A stretch of DNA of 64,000 bases from positions 192,001-256,000 of the forward strand of contig CAWFGE010000020.1 in assembly GCA_963815195.1 (NCBI GenBank). Direction: 5' to 3'. Both the position numbers and the translations under genes were made by a program. Of this stretch, positions 54,136 through 64,000 are shown in pieces. The first letter of the stretch is position 1. The number at the start of each line of letters is the position of its first letter. The notes below the pieces were generated by a model. That model had not been told where the DNA came from, ran no database searches, and worked only from the letters and a program-made list of their open reading frames with translations. Source of the DNA: an uncultured Planctomycetaceae bacterium (GTDB taxonomy: Bacteria; Planctomycetota; Planctomycetia; Planctomycetales; Planctomycetaceae).

Positions 54136-54621
54136 CTATGCCTTTTCCTGAGGCCGTTCAGAATCTGGAAGATACTCAGTAAGCGCGTCTTCTACATCGA
54201 CTACGTATTCGTAAATTTGAAAAGCATCGCACGTGGGGCGAAATTTGACAGTAGCAGATGTTTGAGTTGGTTCGATAACAATCTGCACCATAAAGTGAAC
54301 TTCCGTGACGCCAGACACTGTGTCTTTGCGTTGTATTAATACACATCATTTGCCGTGATTCCAATAGCAACGTTGTTCAAATCGTTGGCTGTTTTCAGCC
54401 GGATCGTCGATCTGAACTTCTATCGTGCTGATTTCAGCACATGGAACGTCTATGTACTTTCGAAAGTCTAAATACTTTTCGACAAAATAGATATCTATCC
54501 TCTCGGCTGGTTTCCGATCTCGAAGGTCAAAAAATTCTTCCGCAGTAAAAACAATGTTATGCCATTCGGCTTCTTTGTGTTTCTTATACCTAAACGAAAT
54601 CATTACATTATCGGCTCTCAT
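54136..54621 (-). CDS. Hypothetical immunity-like protein(s), frameshifted or chimeric
   Basis: AT-rich acidic ORFs 54346-54621 and 54136-54318. Confidence 0.35.
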
Positions 54622-54732
54622 TCTATTTGATCCATTTCGTATGATCTTGGGGCAAAGACTTGCCCACTTGGCGCGATGTGAGATTCACCGTAAATGAAAT
54701 ACAAAAACGGTCCAGAATAAATCCTGCTGATC

Positions 54733-54920
54733 TCAGTTAAGTTTTCTACCTTCGTAATACCTTCCTAACAGGCGACGTAATTTGGTGGCTTGTCCCGGTG
54801 TTAAATTGCCAGAAACCTCGCGATTATTTATTTCTTCTAGCAGTTGGCGGCGTGTCAGTTTACGTCGCCTTATGTCGTCGCCGCTAAACGGACTCCAATT
54901 AGCTGAATTGAACTCATCAA
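54733..54920 (-). pseudogene. Orphan C-terminal gene fragment (toxin-tip-like)
   Basis: Basic open frame from the REP boundary to a stop, upstream of an acidic ORF. Confidence 0.35.
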
Positions 54921-55092
54921 GTTTTTGTAGGGCAGGCTCCCGCCTGCCTTTTTCCGTTATTTGGCAATCGTCAATCAATAGAAAATAGAAGGCAGGCAGG
55001 AGCCTGCCCTACTCGACTGCCTTTTTCCGTTATTTGGCAATCGTCAATCAATAGAAAATAGAAGGCAGGCAGGAGCCTGCCCTACTCGACTC
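54919..55092. repeat. REP doublet plus a tandem partial duplicate
   Basis: Same ~100-bp unit as 53596; its last ~75 bp are repeated immediately. Confidence 0.9.
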
Positions 55093-55369
55093 CGAGCGCC
55101 AGCCAGTTTTTTGTAAATTCCTTCTTGATCCAACCCCACCGTGTGGAGTAGGCCTTATCGCCGGGCGGCAGCGACCAGATGGCGTGCAGATGGTCGTGAA
55201 ACAGCACAAGTGCGTTGATCGTGAACGGCCATTTCATCCGGCAGCGGCGAATGATGCTGCCGAGCATGGGCCGCGCCGGGATGCCCGTCAAAAAGCGTGC
55301 CCGACGGTCGGAGACGATCGTGAAAAAGAATGAGCCTCCGGGAACATGGGCGCGTCGCCAGTTGGGCAT
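55092..55369 (-). pseudogene. rayT: REP-associated tyrosine transposase (RAYT), truncated before the catalytic Tyr region
   Basis: MPNWRRAHVPGGSFFFT, PF.I.A.V...DHLH.IW.LP.GD..YSTRW..IK. Confidence 0.85.
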
Positions 55370-55392
55370 GATCGTCGTTCTCCTCATCGAAA

Positions 55393-55413
55393 GGCCGGCA
55401 CAGCCGGCCCTAC
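55393..55413 (-). repeat. Second REP type upstream of rayT
   Basis: GTAG-GGCCGGC-TGT-GCCGGCC on the minus strand. Confidence 0.6.
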
Positions 55414-55534
55414 GTTACTGGTGTTTTTGAACAAAGGCGGCATAATCATGCCTTGCCGATAATTCTTATCTTAAAAACCATCGTAACGGCCATCGCTCGC
55501 GCATGGCAATCGGACGGAAAGAAAGGCACGATCG

Positions 55535-57029
55535 GTGCTCTGGCGTTTGCTGCAACTTCAGGTTTTGACGCCCTGGTTTTTGGGCATGGTGCTGGGGACG
55601 TTCGTGGGAGCCACGCCCGGCTTGACGGCGACGATGGCCGTCGCGCTCATCGTGCCCATCAGTTACCACCTCGATCCCACGGCGGGGTTGGCGATGATTA
55701 TCGGCGTGAGCTTCACCGCGATCTTCGCCGGCGACATCCCGGCCACCTATTTGCGGATCCCCGGCACCCCCGCGTCCGCCGCCGCGACCTTGGACGGCCA
55801 CGAACTCGCCAAGAAAGGCAAAGGCCAACTGGCCCTGTTGCTCGATTTGTTCTGCAGCGGCCTGGGCGGGCTCATCGGCGTGACGATGCTGATTTTCATC
55901 GCCCCGCAACTCGCGAGGTTTGCCCTCCAGTTCGGCGACTACGAATACTTCTGGCTCGCCGTCTTGGGGCTGGCGATGAGCGCGCTCGTCAGTATGGGCC
56001 AGACCAGCAAAGGCCTATTGTCCGCCGCCTTGGGCATGTTCGTGGCGACGGTGGGGCAGGATCAGGTCACTTACGTTTCGCGGTACACCTTCGGCAACGT
56101 GGATGCTCGGGCCGGGCTGCATTTCATTCCGGTGATGATCGGCATGTTTGGGCTTTCGGAAGTTTTGCGGAACGTGCGGCATCCCGAGCGGCTCGCGATG
56201 TCGGCTGCTTCCGAAGCGAAAAACAACTCGATCGGTGAAACCTTCGCGGAGATTCTGGATCAAACGCTGGACCGTTTTGAAATCTGCGATTGTGGGGACG
56301 ATCATCGGCGCACTCCCCGGCGCGGGGGCCGACATCGCGGCGTGGGGCGCCTACGGCATCGCCAAGCGGACGTCCCGAAACGGCGAGGAATTCGGCCACG
56401 GTTCGACCGAAGGCGTGATCGCCCCCACCAGCGCGAACAACGCGGCCGTCGCCGGGGCCTGGATCCCCGCGCTCGTGTTCGGCATCCCGGGCGACGCGGT
56501 GACGGCGATCGTGCTCGGCGTGCTCGTGACGCAGGGGATTCGGCCGGGGCCGATGTTGTTCAAGGAATCCGGCGGACTTTTGGATGCCATCTTCGCCATC
56601 GCCCTCATCACGCAGTTCCTGTTGATCCCCTGCGGCTATGCGGGCATCAAGTTCTTCGCGTGGATCCTCAAGCTGCCCCGGCACATTGTGTTGGTCTCGG
56701 TCCTGGTGTTTTCCATCGTCGGCGCGTTCGCCCTCCACAACAGCCTGTTCGATGTGTATGTGATGATTGCCTTTGGCATCGTGGGCTTCTTTTTGGAAGC
56801 CTGCCGAGTCCCGTTGGCTCCGATGATCCTCGGCTTGATCTTGGGTCCTTTGGTCGAAGAAAAACTCCGCGCCGCCCTCATCGCCAGCCAAGGCAGCCTG
56901 GAACCCTTCTTCACCCGCCCGATCTGCGTGAGCTTGATTGCGATCCTCGCGGCGACGTTATTAGCAAGGCCGATCGGCTATTTGATCGCCCGCGCATTGG
57001 GCCGTCAGAACACGGGCCCAGACGTCTAG
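55535..57029 (+). CDS. tctA: Tripartite tricarboxylate transporter permease (frameshift near 56260; 5' end uncertain)
   Basis: GATPGL, IPGTP.S..T.LDG, GALPGAGA, GIPGDAV. Confidence 0.88.
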
Positions 57030-57193
57030 ACGCAAGTCCATATGGCTGGGCCAACGAATATCGCCCAACGTGGCATCCGTTTTTTTTCAAAAAATCTCGG
57101 CGACGCTGTCGATTCGGCCGCAGCTTATTCGACCAATGAGTGAAAGCCGGAGTTTTTGGCGTTTACAACCGGATTCTTACGAAAGGTTCACCC

Positions 57194-57550
57194 ATGAAAT
57201 ATCTCATTCTGCTCTACGCGGAAGAAGGCGCTTGGCCGCCTGATGAGCACCGCGTGGCCCTCCAGGAATCGATCGACATCTGCCACCAACTCCACGCGGA
57301 GGGGCAGTACCGGGACGCCTCCCCCTTGCAGCCCCCGTCCACGGCGACCTGCGTTCGCGTCCGCGACGGCAAGCCCCTCCTCCACGATGGCCCCTATGCG
57401 GAAACGAAGGAGCTGTTGGGCGGATATTTCCTGATCGATGTCGAAAACCTGGATGAGGCGATTGCGATCGCGGCGCGGATTCCGGGCGCCCGGCGAGGAA
57501 CCGCAGAGATCCGCCCCCTCATGGAAGTCCAAGGACTGCCCCAACTTTAG
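57194..57550 (+). CDS. YciI/DGPF family protein
   Basis: DGPYAETKELLGGY..EIRP. Confidence 0.9.
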   Translation: MKYLILLYAEEGAWPPDEHRVALQESIDICHQLHAEGQYRDASPLQPPSTATCVRVRDGKPLLHDGPYAETKELLGGYFLIDVENLDEAIAIAARIPGARRGTAEIRPLMEVQGLPQL

Positions 57551-57573
57551 ATTTTGATCGGAGACTGGAATCA

Positions 57574-58008
57574 ATGAAACCGCGAACCAAACGAACCATC
57601 GGCTGGGTGATGAGCGGGCTTTTGTCCGCGTTCCTGATCTTCGGCAGCGCGTCGGGGAAATTTCTCGACTGGGAGGGAAAAGCCGCCATGTTCGAACACC
57701 TCGGGTATTCGATCCCGCTCATGCAAAAGATCGGCATCGTGGAAGTCGCCTTGGCCATCTTGTTTCTGATTCCGAGAGCCGGTTTTCTCGCGGCGATTTT
57801 GTTGACCGCTTACCTGGGCGGCGCGACGGCCACGCACGTCCGTGTCGCCGATCCGTTCTTTATGCCAATTCTGATGGGGATCTTTCTTTGGGTCAGTTAC
57901 GGACTCAGGCGGCCGGAGGTATTCTCCCTGGCCGTCGGTTCGCATCCGCCGATGGGCGACTCGACTTCAACGTCCACGTCCACTCTTCCACAAAAGGAAA
58001 CCGCATGA
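57574..58008 (+). CDS. DoxX family membrane protein
   Basis: LIPR...ILLTAYLGGA.ATH. Confidence 0.85.
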   Translation: MKPRTKRTIGWVMSGLLSAFLIFGSASGKFLDWEGKAAMFEHLGYSIPLMQKIGIVEVALAILFLIPRAGFLAAILLTAYLGGATATHVRVADPFFMPILMGIFLWVSYGLRRPEVFSLAVGSHPPMGDSTSTSTSTLPQKETA

Positions 58009-58430
58009 CGACTGCATCCATTACGCCGTACCTTTTCTTCTCCGGCCGCTGCGAGGAGGCGCTCGATTTTTACAAAAAGGCCCTGGGGGCCGAGGTCGAG
58101 ATGCTGATGCACCACAAGGACAGCCCGGACGCCCCGCCGCCCGGCATGTTGCAAGCCGGCTTTGAAGACAAAGTGATGCACGCCACGTTTCGCATCGGCG
58201 GTGCCACGCTGATGGCCTCGGACGGCTCGGGCGACAAATCCCGATTCGAAGGCTTTCGGCTCTCGCTGGCATTTGCGACGGAAGACGAAGCCAAAAAAGC
58301 CTTCGCCTCGCTCTCGGACGGCGGCGAAGTCGCGCTGCCGCTCACGAAGACATTCTGGTCCCCGTGTTTCGGCATGGTGACCGACCGCTTCGGGGTGGGC
58401 TGGATGATCACAATCGCGGCGGCAAGCTGA
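58005..58430 (+). CDS. VOC/PhnB family protein
   Basis: PYLFF.G.CEEA..FY, MHA, TFWS..FG.V.D.FGV.W. Confidence 0.9.
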   Translation: MTTASITPYLFFSGRCEEALDFYKKALGAEVEMLMHHKDSPDAPPPGMLQAGFEDKVMHATFRIGGATLMASDGSGDKSRFEGFRLSLAFATEDEAKKAFASLSDGGEVALPLTKTFWSPCFGMVTDRFGVGWMITIAAAS

Positions 58431-58447
58431 CTGACAACGCGTTTGAA

Positions 58448-58601
58448 AACCTGAGCGGTAGGCGCTAGCCTCCGGCTTGTGAGCGGTAGGCTAGCGTGCG
58501 TAGCCTCCGGCTTGTGAGCGGTACGGCTGTGACGTAGCCTCCGGTTTCGGTGGACGGATATTAAAAATCGGCCGGCGGCTAGCGCCGTTCCGCTCAGGTT
58601 T
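58448..58601. repeat. Intergenic repeat: three GAGCGGTA...TAGCCTCCGG units plus an inverted copy
   Basis: aaacctgagcgg...tagcctccgg pairs with ccggcggctagcgccgttccgctcaggttt. Confidence 0.65.
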
Positions 58602-58766
58602 GCAGAGGACTCCATTTTCCCACACGTTCCAAATCTCGGGCAGACATTTTCCGCTCGGTGCGTTGCGCAGCTTGCCTGGAACCGGTAGACTGTTATTTAC
58701 CCGAGGGCGACTTCCATTTCTCCAAGCCGAGATTCCATCGGCGAAACGATCAACGGGAGCGATTCC

Positions 58767-59666
58767 ATGAAAGCAGCTTGCCTGGCCTTCGTTTTGATTT
58801 TCGCCGCCAGCGCCGTTGCGCAAGACGCCAGACCGCCGCAGGAAGGACGCCGGCAACGGCCGCGCGGATTCGGCCGGCCGATCGTCCTCAATCCGGATGA
58901 TGTCCCGGCGTTTTCCGAGCCGCCGAAGGGGTTCGACCGGAAGCGAGAGGACATTCCGCACGGGCAACTCGAGATGATCGAGTACGACTCGAAGACCGTC
59001 GGCACACGCCGGAAGATGCAAGTTTACACTCCGCCGGGCTATACGAAGGAGAAGAAATACCCGGTGCTTTACCTGCTCCACGGAATCGGCGGCGACGAAA
59101 CCGAATGGGAGCGGTTTGCCCATCCCGGCACCCTGCTCGACAACCTGATTGCCGACGGGAAAGCCGTGCCCATGATTGTCGTCATGCCCAACGGCCGGGC
59201 CCAGAAAAACGACCGAGCCGAGGGAAACGTCTTCGCATCGGCGCCGGCCTTTGAAAAATTCGAGCGGGATCTGCTGGACGATGTGATTCCCACGATCGAG
59301 TCGCGGTACAGCACGTTGCCCAACCGCGAGAACCGCGCCTTGGCGGGACTTTCAATGGGCGGGGGCCAATCGCTCAACTTCGGACTCGCGCACCTGGATA
59401 CGTTTGCGTGGATCGGCGGCTTTTCCTCGGCACCGAACACCAAAAAGCCTGCGGAACTCGTGCCGGATCCGGACGCGGCCAAGAAACTCAAACTGCTGTG
59501 GCTCTCGTGCGGCAGCGAGGATCGGCTCATCGGCATCAGCCAGGGCGCTCACGCCTACCTCAAGGAAAAAGAAGTCCCCCACGTCTGGCACGTGGCCAAG
59601 CACGGACACGATCCCGCGGAATGGAAGCAGGCGTTGTATTACTTCGTGCAAAAAGTCTTTCAGTAA
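58767..59666 (+). CDS. Secreted CE1-like esterase
   Basis: VYTPPGY, YPVLYLLHG, GLSMGG motifs. Confidence 0.9.
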   Translation: MKAACLAFVLIFAASAVAQDARPPQEGRRQRPRGFGRPIVLNPDDVPAFSEPPKGFDRKREDIPHGQLEMIEYDSKTVGTRRKMQVYTPPGYTKEKKYPVLYLLHGIGGDETEWERFAHPGTLLDNLIADGKAVPMIVVMPNGRAQKNDRAEGNVFASAPAFEKFERDLLDDVIPTIESRYSTLPNRENRALAGLSMGGGQSLNFGLAHLDTFAWIGGFSSAPNTKKPAELVPDPDAAKKLKLLWLSCGSEDRLIGISQGAHAYLKEKEVPHVWHVAKHGHDPAEWKQALYYFVQKVFQ

Positions 59667-60025
59667 AAGAAATCTGGGCCTGTTCGCTCCGCGAGTTTCC
59701 CGAGGGAATTCCGATGACGAGATTATATTTCCCCGTCGTGGCGGCTTTGCTTGTGCCGTTTCTCGTTGCCCCAGTGCCGGCCGAAGAGCCGCCGATTGCC
59801 AACGGGGAATTCCAATGGTATCGCCTTGAGGATTGTTCGCCGCCTCGCTCACTTGAGGCGCCGCAAAACACAAGGCGAAACACCAGATTGACCGCCAACA
59901 CCTTCGCATGGGGACCTCCAGAATGATGGAATAGGAAGCGTCGATTTTCCATCAGACACGGACGATCCCCGCCTGGAAACCTAACTCAGATTGGCGTTTT
60001 TTTCGAGTCGAGCACTGGCCCGCGC

Positions 60026-60060
60026 AAAAAGAAACCGGCCCTTCGGGGAGAGCCGGTTTC
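60026..60060 (-). terminator. Rho-independent terminator downstream of the Do protease gene
   Basis: GAAACCGGC/GCCGGTTTC stem followed by a T5 tract on the minus strand. Confidence 0.7.
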
Positions 60061-60086
60061 GCGATTGGAGAGTGAGGCAGCGGAGC

Positions 60087-61610
60087 TTATTGGATGACCA
60101 GGAAGCGGGAGCCGCCGCCGGAGTGCACGAGCACCAGGATGCCATCTTCCAGTTTGGAGTTTTCGATGGCTTTGCGGAACTCGTCGGGGGTGGCGACTTT
60201 TTCGTTTCCGACCTTTTCGATCACGTCGCCGGATTTCAGGCCGGCTTTGTCGGCGGGCGAGCCTTCTTCGACGTTCGCCACCACGACGCCTTGGACATCC
60301 TTGAGGTTCAGCTTGTTGCGAAGAGCCGGGGTCAACTCTTGGACGCCCAAGCCCAGTTCTTCATAGCGGTTTTGGGAACGGCCGCGCTCGGACGCCTTGG
60401 CGACCACATCGTCGGTCGGCATCTTTTCGATGGTCACGCTCAGGACTTCTTTTTCACCGTTCCTGAGAATTTCCAACTCGTAGGCTTTGCCGATGTCGAG
60501 TTTCTCGACCGCATCCTGGAGGGATTTGGGGCTGTGGACGTTGTGGCCGTCGAGCCTGAGGACCACGTCGCCGGGTTTCAGGCCGGCTTTCGCGGCGGGG
60601 GAATCCGCCAGGATTTGGGCCACCAAGGCCCCGTCATCGGCTTTGACGTTGAGCTTCTTCGCCAAGGGGCCGGCTAAGTCTTGGATCATCACGCCCAAGT
60701 AGCCGCGCTGGACTTCGCCTTTTTCGATGAGCTGGTGGGCGACCCATTTGGCCATGTTGATCGGGATCGCAAACCCGACGCCGTCGTTCCCGCCGCCCCG
60801 CGAGGAGATGGCGGTGTTGATGCCGATCACTTCGCCCCGCAGGTTCAAAAGCGGTCCGCCGCTGTTGCCGGGATTGATCGCGGCATCGGTCTGCAGGTAG
60901 TCTTCCCGCTGATTGATTCCGGGCACGCGGCCTTTGGCGCTGATGATGCCGGAGGTCACGGTCGTTTCCAGACCGAAGGGGCTGCCGATGGCGAGCACCC
61001 AATCGCCGACTTCCATCTTGCCGCTGTCGCCGAGGGGAATGGCTTTCAAGTCTTTGGGGGGAGTGATGCGGACAATTGCGACGTCCGCCCGCGGATCGGT
61101 TTTGACGTCGGTGGCGACAAATTCCCGCCCGTCGGTCAGGCGGACTTTGATTTCGTCGGCCCCATTGACGACGTGGCTGTTGGTCAAAATGATGCCGGAA
61201 TCGTCAATCACAAACCCCGACCCCATGCCGCGCTGCTTGGGAGCCTGCCTGGGAGCCTGCCCGGGAGCTTGGGGCGTGCTGAATTCGCGCTGATCGAAGA
61301 ACCGCTTGAGCTGCGGATCGTTTTCGAAGAACTTCTTGAAAGGGGAATCGTCGCCATAGGGCAAGTTGGCTTGCTCGATGACTTTTCCGTTGGTAACGGT
61401 CTCGATGGACACAATGCTCGGACTGGCGATTTTCGCGACGGCGCGGAACGACATCGACAGAGCCTGCGCTTCTTTGATGCCGGGAGTGTCGGCGGGAATC
61501 GGGGCGGAATCGTGTTGATGATTCTGAGCGAGGCCCGCGGCGACGCCCACCAATGTCACCGAGGCCACCATAGCAAACAACCAGCTGCGATGGGCAGATA
61601 AAGCTTTCAT
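60087..61610 (-). CDS. degP: Do/DegP family serine endoprotease with two PDZ domains
   Basis: GSGFVI, TNSHVV, QTDAAINPGNSGGPL. Confidence 0.9.
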   Translation of the reverse strand: MKALSAHRSWLFAMVASVTLVGVAAGLAQNHQHDSAPIPADTPGIKEAQALSMSFRAVAKIASPSIVSIETVTNGKVIEQANLPYGDDSPFKKFFENDPQLKRFFDQREFSTPQAPGQAPRQAPKQRGMGSGFVIDDSGIILTNSHVVNGADEIKVRLTDGREFVATDVKTDPRADVAIVRITPPKDLKAIPLGDSGKMEVGDWVLAIGSPFGLETTVTSGIISAKGRVPGINQREDYLQTDAAINPGNSGGPLLNLRGEVIGINTAISSRGGGNDGVGFAIPINMAKWVAHQLIEKGEVQRGYLGVMIQDLAGPLAKKLNVKADDGALVAQILADSPAAKAGLKPGDVVLRLDGHNVHSPKSLQDAVEKLDIGKAYELEILRNGEKEVLSVTIEKMPTDDVVAKASERGRSQNRYEELGLGVQELTPALRNKLNLKDVQGVVVANVEEGSPADKAGLKSGDVIEKVGNEKVATPDEFRKAIENSKLEDGILVLVHSGGGSRFLVIQ

Positions 61611-61771
61611 AAGCGGATCTCCATTAATTCAAAAATTTTCAAATGTCCGCATGGTGGGGGATGACAATCGTCCGAAAGTGCCCCTCATGCAGCAGTGCAA
61701 ACGTGGGTGACCATGCTGTTTTCCGGAAAAAACCGATCCCGCCTGAAGGTCGCAGCCGGGGCGGAGTTTTC

Positions 61772-62625
61772 TCAAAATTCGGAAGACGTCTTACCCCTTA
61801 CTACGCAGTCGCCGCGGGGCGCGTTGGAATCGGCCGGAATTTTTTCGGGAATGTGGCAAAAACCGGGACGCGCGGCCGGTTTCCCGACCGGTCCTATGGC
61901 TTGCGCCAGCAGTTCGACGGCTTCGGCGACCCAGCCGCTGTGCCAATCGTGTTTGCGCTGGGGCCCGTCGCGGTATTCGTGCGGAATTTGGAGTTCCTCA
62001 AGCAGAGCATGGGCCTCTTGGTGATCCGCGCGGAAGCCGCCGTAGCCGGCGAGGATCAATCGTGTTTTCTGACCGATTTTTGAAGCCTTGAGCAATTCCG
62101 CCACGCGGTATGTTTCGAACTGGGCCTGGGTGCCGAAGATGGGTTCCGTGCCGTATTTGCCGAGCCGGTCCATCATCATGGGGGCGTCCCACGCCGCCGC
62201 CCCGCCAAAGGTTTCGGGATGCCGAAGCAGCAAACTCCACGCCCCCCAACCGGACTTGCTGAACCCCAACAACCACCGGGCTTCCGGCGTCGGCTCGGCG
62301 GGATAGGTTCTCTCCACCCAAGGCACGACCACATTCACAAAGTAAGTTTCCTGGCGGATCGCGGCGTTCGCGGGATGATCCGCATACCAGGGCAGATCGG
62401 CGAACGTGGGAGCCACGAAGATCACATCGTGTGTGTTCGCCAAATCCTGCTTCTGCACTTCCAACAGCCCATCCCCATAACGATCGCCCCGCCCCGCTTC
62501 GACCGGCAGCACATACACCACCGGATACCGCTTCGCCTCGGCGATTTCCGTCGGCAGGAGCACGCGGATTTCCGTCGGGCCACTTTGATAGGGCGATTGG
62601 ATTTGTGGACCAGAACCCCATCCGA
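61772..62625 (-). CDS. Esterase-like alpha/beta hydrolase domain, possibly fused to the upstream methyltransferase
   Basis: YPVVYVLP, GFSKSG, HDWHSGW; no obvious start of its own. Confidence 0.7.
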
Positions 62626-62629
62626 CCGC

Positions 62630-63329
62630 GGACTGCTTGGGAAACTTTCGCGTCTTCGACTTTCTCAAACCGCACGAAGTAGGATTCGTCGAGCAGGTCT
62701 TTCTTCTCTTCGATTTGCCGAAAACCAGCCGCGATGATTTCCTTCGTAAACACCTCCTGCCCGGCGCGGACGTGCTTCATCATGCGTTCGGAGGTCTTTC
62801 CCGGGATCCGCTGGTAATCGACCAGCACGACCTGGCCGCCGGGCTTTAAGGCCCGATGAATCGACCGCATGGTTTTTTCGGGATACTCAAAGTGATGGTA
62901 CGTGTCGCAGATGTAGGCGAGATCGATGGACTGGGGCGGGAGCTTGGCGGAATCCTGACTGCACACGACGCCCTGGATGTTCTTGATCCCGTCCGCTTGG
63001 GCCTCCTGCTCGATGTGCTTGACGAACTTTTCGGAAATATCGACGGCGTAAACCTGCCCCTTGGGGCCCACGGCTTTGGCAAACACCCGCGTGAAGAGGC
63101 CGGTGCCCGCGCCGATGTCCGCCACGCTCATCCCCGGCCGGATTTTGCAGGCCTTGAGGATCTCCTCGCGGTGGTCGTAAGCATCCCGGCCCTCCCGCTC
63201 AAACCGGCCGACGAAGTCGCTGACGTTCGGGTTCTGGAAGGATTCGTTGATCCCCGGGTTCACGCTCTTTTGCTGAGCCGACACAGGCCCCGCGACCAAA
63301 AGGAGGGCGAGAACAATCCAATTCTTCAT
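62630..63329 (-). CDS. Secreted class I SAM methyltransferase
   Basis: Signal peptide, VADIGAGTG, VYAVDI, DTYHHF, LKPGG. Confidence 0.85.
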
Positions 63330-63523
63330 GGTGAAACTCCGTGAAAACACAAACCGAAAACCTCACACCAAGGCGCGAAAGCGCAAACGATGGCCAGCAA
63401 CATTTTATCCTTCCGTGCGCGGCGCAACACGGTTCCCGCATTTTCCTCGCTCGGTTTGAAGGAAATCACCGGTCGCTGATTCGTCTTCGCGCCTTGGCGT
63501 GAGGTTTATCGAAGGAGGCTTCT

Positions 63524-63632
63524 TTGAATGAGGCAAAGGCTCCGAGCACTGTGGAATCCTTGTACCGGGAGGCCACGCGGGCGGCTTTGTTGGGGCTGGT
63601 CGTCAATTTGGCCTTGGGCATCATCAAACTCG
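63524..63632 (+). pseudogene. N-terminal stub of a cation diffusion facilitator
   Basis: SD AAGGAGG, then ATRAALLGLVVNLALGIIKL; similarity ends abruptly. Confidence 0.5.
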
Positions 63633-64000
63633 CGTGGCGAGCCAGCGGCCGCGGCGATAGCGAACGGTCACCAGCGTCGCCCGGAGGAGAATATCCACGC
63701 CCATGCCGACCCAGGCTCCGATCAAGCCGCCGTCGAGGACGATGCCGCACAGATAGGCCAAAGGGACGCGGACGAAAATCACGCCGATGATCGAAAACAG
63801 CAAGGGATACCGGGTATCCCCGCGCCGCGCAGGGCGAAGACATACACAATGGAAATCACCAAAGGCACTTCAAAAAACGCCAGGAACCGGAGGGCCGGGA
63901 TGCCGACTTCGCAGACCATCGGGTCTTCGTGCATGAACGTGTAAATGCCGCCCGCTCCGAAAAAGAACACGAGCGCAATCACCCCGCCCAACAGGCCGCA
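63624..64000 (-). CDS. MATE family efflux transporter, C-terminal part (frameshift near 63812)
   Basis: ALRGAGDT..P, RVPLAY, GL.GAW. Confidence 0.85.

Noticed and set aside
53596..55092. REP doublets as a CRISPR array or integron attC array
   Set aside because: They are GTAG-type palindromes beside RAYT remnants, spacing is irregular, and neither integrase is recognisably IntI.
38389..55440. Prophage
   Set aside because: No terminase, capsid, tail or lysis genes are seen, and no conjugation genes either.
55400..55540. attR duplicate of the tRNA-Met 3' end at the right island edge
   Set aside because: No match found by eye; the boundary is inferred only from gene content.

Overview
GC-rich bacterial DNA, very likely from a planctomycete (DUF1501, DUF3500, PQQ-propeller proteins, tandem Uma2 nucleases, HTH-PtsN). 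Many genes carry single-base frameshifts, suggesting an error-prone assembly, so most 'pseudogenes' are probably intact. Bases 1-28.4 kb and 55.5-64 kb are mostly ordinary metabolic and transport genes, including a variant enolase. Between them is a ~27 kb accessory region centred on tRNA-Met(CAT) (39871-39944), which is flanked by two tyrosine integrases. Left of the tRNA: a tRNA-like gene with an apparent 8-nt anticodon loop next to a decayed copy of the integrase leader, a three-gene operon (wHTH-like protein, AAA ATPase, PD-(D/E)XK nuclease-HerA fusion) that may be a defence system, and gene debris. Right of the tRNA: integrase, excisionase, a DUF5678-like/aspartyl-protease pair, and an operon of ECF sigma, gmhA, a GT9-GT9-methyltransferase fusion, sulfotransferase, hldE, a Cys-rich protein and an RHS protein, a candidate system for heptosylating an RHS protein. 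An IS1380 cuts the RHS gene. It is followed by a mosaic of toxin-tip/immunity-like cassettes joined at identical REP doublets, with three RAYT remnants. All family assignments are from motif recognition by eye, not database searches.
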